DNA of 64,000 nucleotides from a virus (lineage: Duplodnaviria > Caudoviricetes): positions 1-64,000 of IMG/VR virus record IMGVR_UViG_3300030376_005300; one strand, written 5' to 3'. The notes beneath the pieces were generated by a model that had not been told where the DNA came from, made no database searches, and saw only the letters and a program-made list of their open reading frames with translations. Shown here piece after piece: positions 56,840 through 64,000 of the stretch (the stretch's first letter is position 1; every line of letters starts with the position of its first letter). The position numbers and the translations under genes are program-made.

Positions 56840-58868
56840 CTATTACAAAGTCCGTTGCGACGAGCAACAGAGTGAATGCGTAGTAGTTGTTCCCAGCATC
56901 ATATCGCACATGAAGTTTTTCCGGCATAATACGGATACCACCGTCGTTGCCATGCGCTGGTGTATTAAGCGTAACGAATAAGTCTTCTACAGCGTTGGTC
57001 AAGAAACCGACAAGAGACTGCACAGTCTCAGGTACAACTGCGTCTATTACTTGGTCAAAGAAACCCTCTTTTGTGGACTCGTCTGTATTGCCACCGGCAT
57101 CGCTTGACAAAATCATCTGCCTCATCAATTCCGAAGCCGAACGAGTATTGCTTGCCGAACCCTTTTCGGATGTCGGAATGTCGCCAAAGGTTAAGAAAAA
57201 GTTCCTCGCTGTTCCTGACACACCTGAACTGGTGATGAGACTGTCGTAGGGAATCTGAATGCCTCGGAACATGTCAATATCCTTATGTGAATTGGAAACC
57301 AACCCAACCAAGTCTTGTACTTTATCACCGGCTGACTTATTTGCACTGTTGCTTTTTGTACCGCCGCCCTGAAACACTTGCGGAGAGAAATTTTTACGAA
57401 TACCTGTAGACAACACTTGAGGGTGGGTAATGTCCCTATTCGGTTTGTGAATCTGCTGTATAACCACGATGGACTGGTGCCTTGATACTGTAAACGCATC
57501 TGCCAGTGTTTTGCCTGTTGTGCTAACATTTGATTTGCTGATATTCCCTGAAATCTCCAAAGCGTCTTCAAAGAGTTCGGCCATGATAACGGCAGGGTTT
57601 TTACCAGCAGTTGTCGCTATACCCTTGATAGGAATGTCAATTACAGCGTCGTAGTAGTAGGCATCTCCAACAGGGGCAGTCAAGTTGGTATGGTTGATTG
57701 CGCGAGAGATTCTCCCCGCTACATGTACGATAGATATGCTGTCACTCCCTCCAAGAAGAGAGGGAGTCTTGTTGGCATTGAATCGGAAACGAATACCGAG
57801 GTCGCAGTTGCCTTTTCCTACCATGACATCCGATTGACACAGTGAACCTTTAGAATTACGAGATGGTGATTCAAGCCAGTATGAAGGGACGAGTTTGATA
57901 AATTCGTTGTGCAGTGCCGCTTCTACACCGCTGTAACTTTGGTTGATACTCAGCGTATCGCCGTTTTGGACATTGGCTTCAATGTTCCCTGTGAACTCAA
58001 TGTACCACTGTGCTTCACTTCCTTGACTTACGCTGGAGTCGTCGTACAGACCTGTAACAAATCCGACAAACTGGTTTCTGTCGTTGAAGCATCTTGGTGT
58101 GACATAAAGTTCATCGTTGGCAGTGATAGCAGAAGTCAACGCTACTTTGAATGTTACAGTAGCGTCAGCCAATGCTGAGACTTCTCCTAAAAAAGTACCA
58201 TCGTTCTTGACCACTCTGTCTCCTATGTTTAACAGAGCGGCGGCTCCAAGTTCGTCCGGGTTGGTTGATATAGCGATAGCAGAGCCTGCTACTGACAGCG
58301 TGGTACTGACCGCCAAAGCACCTGTCGCTCCTATACTGTGCCCACCTGTAAATTTCAACTGAGTTTGAATTTTAGGTGCAAGGTTGGTAGAAGACGGCCA
58401 ACCTTTGATACGCCAATGACCCGAAGCACTGGTTCCGCTGATGATGTTTGTTGAACCAATGGTAAATTGCTGATTTGTTGTAAAAGTAGGGAACTGTTTG
58501 GTACGATTACCAGTAGCGTACGAATAACTGGTCAAGTGAAGTGCGGCAAAACTTGTCGGCTTGAATGAACTAAAGGGTTCGCTGGGCAACATGCTACCGA
58601 AATTGATGAGTGTACGGAGTGGTAGAGAGCCGTCCGCAATGGTACTGCCTCCTTGCTGTACATCAACTCCCTCGTCACCAATGATAATACCGTTCATCTC
58701 AAGCATCACTCTCGGCGTGTTCGTATCAATAGCGAACCGCTTAAGGATGTTATTTGGAGTTGGGAAATGTGAAGCGTTTCTGTCAACGGTAATGTCAATA
58801 CTTTGAGCAAGTAAGTCCATTTGCAGTTCGTTCTGCAAGCCGCCCAAGAGTCTGATTGGAGTTGCCAT
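56832..58868 (-). CDS. distal tail (Dit)-like protein B with inserted domains
   Basis: Paralog of 58878-61421 at both termini; lies after the TMP position. Confidence 0.6.
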   Translation of the reverse strand: MATPIRLLGGLQNELQMDLLAQSIDITVDRNASHFPTPNNILKRFAIDTNTPRVMLEMNGIIIGDEGVDVQQGGSTIADGSLPLRTLINFGSMLPSEPFSSFKPTSFAALHLTSYSYATGNRTKQFPTFTTNQQFTIGSTNIISGTSASGHWRIKGWPSSTNLAPKIQTQLKFTGGHSIGATGALAVSTTLSVAGSAIAISTNPDELGAAALLNIGDRVVKNDGTFLGEVSALADATVTFKVALTSAITANDELYVTPRCFNDRNQFVGFVTGLYDDSSVSQGSEAQWYIEFTGNIEANVQNGDTLSINQSYSGVEAALHNEFIKLVPSYWLESPSRNSKGSLCQSDVMVGKGNCDLGIRFRFNANKTPSLLGGSDSISIVHVAGRISRAINHTNLTAPVGDAYYYDAVIDIPIKGIATTAGKNPAVIMAELFEDALEISGNISKSNVSTTGKTLADAFTVSRHQSIVVIQQIHKPNRDITHPQVLSTGIRKNFSPQVFQGGGTKSNSANKSAGDKVQDLVGLVSNSHKDIDMFRGIQIPYDSLITSSGVSGTARNFFLTFGDIPTSEKGSASNTRSASELMRQMILSSDAGGNTDESTKEGFFDQVIDAVVPETVQSLVGFLTNAVEDLFVTLNTPAHGNDGGIRIMPEKLHVRYDAGNNYYAFTLLLVATDFVIGV

Positions 58869-58877
58869 GTTTTCACC

Positions 58878-61421
58878 TCACAGTATAATGTCAGCGGCTT
58901 CAAACCTCAAACTGAACTCATATGCCTTCATCTCGGCTTCTCTACTTACACTAAAGTCTGTCACCAATCCACTGATGCCGTTTTTACGATGACCCTCTGC
59001 ACTGTGCGAAAACAACCTTGAAGCGTGAATTTCGTTGATACTGGACAGTTTGCCGCCAGTTGAACCTTCGGTTGTTAAGAAGAAATTACGCTGAGCCACA
59101 TGCGAATCCAACACATTCTTGCCTTTGGTGACATGGCTAAGGTATGGAATCTGAATGCCCCTGATGTAATCGCCCGTGTGGTCTACTGGCTTAATTTGAT
59201 TCTCCAAGAAGTCAACGCCCATGCTGAGGATTTTTGTGGCGAAGTTGAGGTCAGGATTGCCAGCGTAGTTGTTGCTGTTGGCAAGAATACCCAGCAAATC
59301 CTGCGCTTTGTCTCCGCCACTCTTCACGCGCTTTCCACTACGACCGCCTGAGAAACCTTGCGTGACAGGCATTTGTCCCACACCAAGCGTAGTGTTGATG
59401 GTGTCCGACAAGGCTCCCAGTGACGATGCGTACTGCTGGGTAATGGTCAAACGACAATCGCGGTCGTGTGCTGACTTTGCAATAGCGACCGAGAACGCCT
59501 TGTCTATAGTAGTGTTACCCAATGCGTCCACGACCTTGCCCAAATCAATGTACGAAGCAGTCAATGCTTTGGAAACTAACGAGGTGATGTATTCGTCGGT
59601 TCTCGTAAATGTGTTACCGTCCCTCGCCGAACCATCTTGGTGTGTTGGAAACTCCGGTCCGACTGCTTTTTCAGGAGAAGCAAAGTCGCTGAAGGTGTCA
59701 GCGTTTTTGATGGGTAGAATGATGACAGGCGAACCTGTGCGTCCAATCAGTCCGGGGTTAGAATAATTGATGGGAGCAATGTAGATTTTGTCACCTGCTT
59801 GCAATGTCACGCCTGTGCTGTGCGGGTTGATGGTCAAAGCATCAGCCGTGACGCTGACAACTGAGCCGAAAAAAATGTCATCATTGGAGTCGGTGACGAA
59901 ACTTGAATCGCGCAAAAATGCTACACGATTCAGTCGCTCACTTTCTGTAGGCTCAAACCACTGATTCGGCTGTCCACCAGTGACTGTCAGCGTGTTGCCC
60001 GATACGCCTCCCGACGCAATCACCATACTGGTGTCTCTCTGCTTGTTAAAGAATCCATGCGGCTCGTTCTTGCTGGCGACCATATGCTTGTCAAAAGCCA
60101 AACGAACATGCTTGCTGTTATGACTGTACTGTGCTGTACCTGCATATTCGTGGCCCGCAGGTAGATTGATACCGTACTTGTAGGAGAGATAACCCTCTAC
60201 ATTTTCACGCTCGGAAGTTGTAAGGACACGATTGTAAATAAGAATCTCGTAGATGTCGCCTTGGAAAAAGTTGCTGTTCATTACGCCTATTTTGAAGTTA
60301 GTTGCTGTGTTGGGTACATAATCCACGCCGCTGGTTTTGCTGACCTTTTCATCACCGTTGATGAAGAGTTTTGCTGTGTCTGCCTGAGCGTTAGCATCTG
60401 TATCGTCCATCGTGTAGGTGAGTATGAGAGCGTCTGTGTTTTTAACAGAGTTGGCCGCACTCGTTATAATGTCGTCTGTACTTGCTTCTCTCCAAATAGC
60501 AGAAGCGTCCTTGTTAGAAGCATCGTAAATGAGAGCATAACCAGCGGCATCACCTCCTCCAGTCGTCCCTTCTATAGAACTAAAAATAGGATGGTCTCCT
60601 CCGATTGCACTGTGCTTGGCAACCGTAAACACAGTGAACTCTTCTGTGTTGAGGAAAGCAGAAAAAGCAACTTCCATAAATTCGTCTGAGCCGTTGAAGC
60701 GGACATACGGATGACCATTGACACCTTCTGTACGGTATCTTGGTTGCTTGGAACTATCAGGTTGAGAAGCAATTCTACCATTACCACTACTGTCTACCCA
60801 TGAAGGGATAGATGTACCCGAAGCGTGGGTCAATGCGTCTGCTTTGAGCCACAACTGTAGACCACTGGAAACCGGATTGAGGAGGGCACCGCTCTCTTCT
60901 ATCCAGTATGCTATAGGAAAATCAATGTACTTTTCATTCCAGTATTGTAGAATGCGGTTGCCGAGGTCGTTAATGTCTATCACCGTACCGCCGAGCGAGC
61001 CGCCCATGCCGCCTGAAAACGAACCACTGTTGCCGGTTGTACCGCCCAACCCAGTTGTACCTCCAAGGAGTGCACCTGTTGAGACTTGAGTGTTAAAACC
61101 CGAAGTTACAGGTCCGCTCGGACCGCCGCCCCCTGCACTGGGTCGGCCCCAAGTGACCATTTGCTGAGGTTGATAGAAATCAAGTATAGCAGTGGCTTGG
61201 GCTGTCACCTCTTGTCCACCATCGTCGGCCAACACGCCTTGTATTTCAATCTGTACAGACGACTGGTTAAGGTCAATTCCCATGCGCTTAGCATCCATGA
61301 GGGGCATAGCGAAGTTTGACTGTACTCGTTCTACCACGATGTCTACGCTGGTCGCATCAAGGGAGATGGTATCGCCGTTCTCTTGTACGAGACGGACAGG
61401 TAACCTCTCCCCTTCATCCAC
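58878..61421 (-). CDS. distal tail (Dit)-like protein A with inserted LamG domain
   Basis: LQLWLKAD...WVDSSGNG...GDIYEILIYNRVL...EGYLSYKYGI insert; termini shared with the paralog. Confidence 0.65.
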   Translation of the reverse strand: MDEGERLPVRLVQENGDTISLDATSVDIVVERVQSNFAMPLMDAKRMGIDLNQSSVQIEIQGVLADDGGQEVTAQATAILDFYQPQQMVTWGRPSAGGGGPSGPVTSGFNTQVSTGALLGGTTGLGGTTGNSGSFSGGMGGSLGGTVIDINDLGNRILQYWNEKYIDFPIAYWIEESGALLNPVSSGLQLWLKADALTHASGTSIPSWVDSSGNGRIASQPDSSKQPRYRTEGVNGHPYVRFNGSDEFMEVAFSAFLNTEEFTVFTVAKHSAIGGDHPIFSSIEGTTGGGDAAGYALIYDASNKDASAIWREASTDDIITSAANSVKNTDALILTYTMDDTDANAQADTAKLFINGDEKVSKTSGVDYVPNTATNFKIGVMNSNFFQGDIYEILIYNRVLTTSERENVEGYLSYKYGINLPAGHEYAGTAQYSHNSKHVRLAFDKHMVASKNEPHGFFNKQRDTSMVIASGGVSGNTLTVTGGQPNQWFEPTESERLNRVAFLRDSSFVTDSNDDIFFGSVVSVTADALTINPHSTGVTLQAGDKIYIAPINYSNPGLIGRTGSPVIILPIKNADTFSDFASPEKAVGPEFPTHQDGSARDGNTFTRTDEYITSLVSKALTASYIDLGKVVDALGNTTIDKAFSVAIAKSAHDRDCRLTITQQYASSLGALSDTINTTLGVGQMPVTQGFSGGRSGKRVKSGGDKAQDLLGILANSNNYAGNPDLNFATKILSMGVDFLENQIKPVDHTGDYIRGIQIPYLSHVTKGKNVLDSHVAQRNFFLTTEGSTGGKLSSINEIHASRLFSHSAEGHRKNGISGLVTDFSVSREAEMKAYEFSLRFEAADIIL

Positions 61422-61423
61422 AC

Positions 61424-61843
61424 TCAGCCACTCCTGTTGAATCCACTCTGCGTAAGCGAGCCGCCCATTTTACTTCGCAACTCCTTGGTCACCATAGTGC
61501 TGATTTCCTTAGCAAGTTTTTGTTTGTCAGTCTTGTCTGTGACGCCACTGACATCAATCCTGAGATTAACCGTTACATTGCTGGACTGGCTTCCTCCGCC
61601 CCCACCTGCGAGTTGACCTTGTTGGGCTGGCCCCTCCATCATCTGTTGGAACGGCTGAGACTTTTCCATGTTCTTAAGCGAGGCAGTGAGGTCAGTGCTG
61701 TTCACCTTGGTCATTTCCATGGACTTGCTGAACTTGTCCATTTGAGCCTGCAAGGCTTTCATGTTCTCACCTGCTTCTTTGCTGTACTTCTTGAATTTCT
61801 CCATCGCTTCTACAGAGCGGGGGTCAATGTCGCCGTCAATCAT
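61424..61843 (-). CDS. very short tape-measure-like protein (139 aa)
   Basis: TMP position after TAC; helical N-terminus; GGGGG..NVTVNLRIDVSG...LAKEI TMP-like C-terminus. Confidence 0.5.
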   Translation of the reverse strand: MIDGDIDPRSVEAMEKFKKYSKEAGENMKALQAQMDKFSKSMEMTKVNSTDLTASLKNMEKSQPFQQMMEGPAQQGQLAGGGGGSQSSNVTVNLRIDVSGVTDKTDKQKLAKEISTMVTKELRSKMGGSLTQSGFNRSG

Positions 61844-62100
61844 TCCGAGCCCTCCAGTGGAGGCACATGGTCATAGCCCAAATACACTGCGTCTTTGGGC
61901 ACCTCTTCTTCACTCTGCATGGCCTGTGCCCAGTACAGAAGTTGTTTCGCATCATCAATTGACAAACCCCTAACCTCCCGTAAATTCATCCCGTAGTGCG
62001 TCATCAAAAGGTACTCCATCCCTTCTCGTTGGTAGCGAAGTCGGTCGTTGACACCTCGGTTATGGAGGTATCGTTTGATGTTGCCGACTTCGCCTCCCGA
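61840..62100 (-). CDS. tail assembly chaperone, -1 frameshift extension (gpT-like)
   Basis: -1 frame overlapping the TAC; entered at GGTTTTT; predicted fusion of 175 aa. Confidence 0.7.
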   Translation of the reverse strand, partial: SGGEVGNIKRYLHNRGVNDRLRYQREGMEYLLMTHYGMNLREVRGLSIDDAKQLLYWAQAMQSEEEVPKDAVYLGYDHVPPLEGSE

Positions 62101-62366
62101 AAAACCAACCATTCCATGACCTGAGAAGGCTCAGGGAGAAGGTCAGCCAGTGCTTTTCCTTCTTCGGGAGTCAGAGACTCAACCTCTATAGAAGGGTTAT
62201 AGCGAAGCCAGTTGTAAAATGCGTAACGCCAGTAGTTGGAAAAATCCATGTCACCGCTTGCAAACAGCGGTGCAATTGCTTGAACATCAAAGAATGTCAG
62301 CCGTTTGGCTGAAACTTGCACGGGGTTTCCGTTGATGTTAATTTTATTCGTCTTCTCCTCCAACAT
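62004..62366 (-). CDS. tail assembly chaperone (gpG-like)
   Basis: 120 aa, downstream of tail tube, carries the frameshift site. Confidence 0.7.
   Translation of the reverse strand: MLEEKTNKININGNPVQVSAKRLTFFDVQAIAPLFASGDMDFSNYWRYAFYNWLRYNPSIEVESLTPEEGKALADLLPEPSQVMEWLVFREAKSATSNDTSITEVSTTDFATNEKGWSTF
62035..62106 (-). promoter_or_regulatory. -1 programmed ribosomal frameshift signal
   Basis: G GTT TTT slippery site (62106-62100), 6-nt spacer, then 10-bp stem GCGAAGTCGG/CCGACTTCGC with inner 8-bp hairpin. Confidence 0.8.
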
Positions 62367-62562
62367 ACTTACTCACTCGTGTCGCTGAGTCTGCCGAATC
62401 GGGAGACTCGTCCTCTTGCTGGTGAGCGAATGGATTATCACTGGCTCTTCCTGCTTCGGGATTGAAGAGGTACTCTCCGCCCTCTTCTTCTTCATCATTG
62501 ACGGTAACCGTACCGTCAAATGATTGGAATGGATTCAGGGACTTGATTATTCTTAGCGGCAA
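62344..62562 (-). CDS. small acidic hypothetical protein
   Basis: ORF between tube and TAC with GGGGG RBS. Confidence 0.55.
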   Translation of the reverse strand: MPLRIIKSLNPFQSFDGTVTVNDEEEEGGEYLFNPEAGRASDNPFAHQQEDESPDSADSATRVSKYVGGEDE

Positions 62563-62574
62563 TCCGGTCCCCCC

Positions 62575-63999
62575 TCAACAATGGTAATCGGTGTCAATAC
62601 TTATCACTTTCACATTCTGTGGCTTGAGTTTCATAGTGGTGAACAGCAAACCTTTGTCGTCGGGCATGGGTATTGGAAGTTCGGTGATGTAGTAATCGTC
62701 AATGATAACGCGAAGAGAAGGAGCAGTGCCACTGGCGGCTATCGGTTTAGTGAAGTGAAGCATGATGGTTCCTCCAGTGGCTCCGACAGTGCCGCCTCGT
62801 TCTACATGCGACCTGAGTTCATGGAAGAGATTTGCATCCTCCAATGCAAGTACAATCTCCATTTCAAACTCTTCACGGCCTTCTCGGATGATGCTGGCGT
62901 TTCTCGTGCCGCCGTAAGGAACTTGCTTCAGGCTTAGGTTGGACGCGTTGACAGACTCGGGGACCGGGTTACCTTGGATGGTATGAAACAGTTCTACGCC
63001 TGTCTTGCCTCTAAGTTCAAAGGCACTAACGAAAGCCAAGTTTTGGTCAAAGGCCGATACAGTACCGTTGTAAAACATAAATGGCTTCTCTGAGTTCTCT
63101 GCTATACCGCTGGCCTTTCTGCCTTTCTTCGTGTCGGCTGTATTTTGAAACATACGATGAGCCGTATAGCGGTCGCCAGCATTGCTGGATTCAAGGCGAC
63201 CTGTGTCAGTGTAGCAAGCAAGTGCATTGAAAATGCAACGATACTTGAGTTCAGCATCCACCGTAGATGACATTTCCCACTCAACGACTTTGCACCCCTT
63301 GAACACTCTCGTCAACTGCTTGCTATCGTTAGCAGAACCCGGCGAGACGGTAGACTCACCTGTGGCGTTAAATGAGCCAATGTCTCTCGTTCTGACACTG
63401 TGCTCTATGCAAAAACTGGGAATGGTTTCGGCAGAAAACAAGAGGCGCTTGACATGATTGTTGATGGTCCTTGATGTGTTGGCATGTGGGCTGTTACTGG
63501 CATTGTCTGCATATTTGCGAAGTTCAATGGTGTCATCTGTCGTGTGAGGGAATTGCCAACCGTCGTCTACATACACCCTGTACACATAACGATGAGTACC
63601 TGAGCCCAAATCGCTAAGGTATTCAATGGCAGAAATACGGCGGCATTCACTGGACTCGGACCATTCAAAGTGCACAGCATCGCTGGCAAGGCCCGACCCC
63701 GAGGATTCAGCAGGAAAGTATTTGTTTGTGTCTTTGTTTGGTGTTTTGTAAGTCGTTGTTGGAATCAAAGTTGTGTCCTCTATGAGTAGGTAATCACCTA
63801 CTGCGGCATCGGTACCTGAACCAAAGCGAACACTGCCGCTCTGACTACTTGTCACATCAATGTAACCTTGCCCCGGTTCAATATCGGACCGAATAATAGC
63901 ATCACTGGAAAGCCCCGTGTAAGGCTTTGACCCACAATTGTCTTTGCTAACCGTCTCTCTACCGAGGCTGTAGTACAACCACTTGGCACTGTGCATAGG
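62575..63999 (-). CDS. major tail (tube) protein, 5'-truncated by window edge
   Basis: PSFCIE, RVFKGCKV..W, PFMFYNG, EGREEF tube-protein pattern; frame open to the window end. Confidence 0.65.
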   Translation of the reverse strand, partial: PMHSAKWLYYSLGRETVSKDNCGSKPYTGLSSDAIIRSDIEPGQGYIDVTSSQSGSVRFGSGTDAAVGDYLLIEDTTLIPTTTYKTPNKDTNKYFPAESSGSGLASDAVHFEWSESSECRRISAIEYLSDLGSGTHRYVYRVYVDDGWQFPHTTDDTIELRKYADNASNSPHANTSRTINNHVKRLLFSAETIPSFCIEHSVRTRDIGSFNATGESTVSPGSANDSKQLTRVFKGCKVVEWEMSSTVDAELKYRCIFNALACYTDTGRLESSNAGDRYTAHRMFQNTADTKKGRKASGIAENSEKPFMFYNGTVSAFDQNLAFVSAFELRGKTGVELFHTIQGNPVPESVNASNLSLKQVPYGGTRNASIIREGREEFEMEIVLALEDANLFHELRSHVERGGTVGATGGTIMLHFTKPIAASGTAPSLRVIIDDYYITELPIPMPDDKGLLFTTMKLKPQNVKVISIDTDYHC

Positions 64000-64000
64000 C

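Noticed and set aside
36967-63457. Numerous + strand ORFs in the tail region, and the alternative-frame ORF 40327-41001
   Set aside because: Fully nested in long structural genes; no RBS or motif support

Overview
The window looks like part of a tailed archaeal virus genome, most consistent with a marine Poseidoniales (MGII) 'magrovirus'. This is an inference from gene content: archaeal-type PolB, RFC, PriS-PriL, XPF, thermosome, GGTGA/GGAGG RBS and TATA promoters. There are three blocks. (1) 1-~20.7 kb, + strand: an early/host-takeover array of ~50 mostly small, acidic or Zn-finger genes, translationally coupled through a stereotyped GAGGAGGAATRAACATG junction. It includes ArdA, a HARP-SNF2 helicase, DUF932, a pyrimidine-dimer glycosylase-like protein, an amino-MTase and one antisense gene encoding a protein-kinase-like enzyme. 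Four of five copies of a 32-bp promoter lie in this block; the fifth heads RFC. (2) ~20.7-36.9 kb, + strand: a replication module with a ligase homologue lacking the catalytic Lys, RFC, RPA-like, RecA-like ATPase, PCNA-like clamp, PolB, MazG-like, Cas4-like, primase, XPF, MCM-like helicase, DEDD exonuclease and thermosome, ending in tRNA-Arg(UCU). (3) 36.9-64 kb, - strand: a tail module with tail tube (partial), a tail assembly chaperone with a clear -1 frameshift signal, a very short tape-measure candidate, two paralogous Dit-like proteins, a 5,489-aa giant protein, hub and fibre proteins. By eye, GATC, TCGA, AGCT, ACGT, GCWGC and CCWGG appear purged. No integrase, CRISPR array, terminase or capsid gene was recognised. 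All family calls come from motif recognition by eye; no database search was run.
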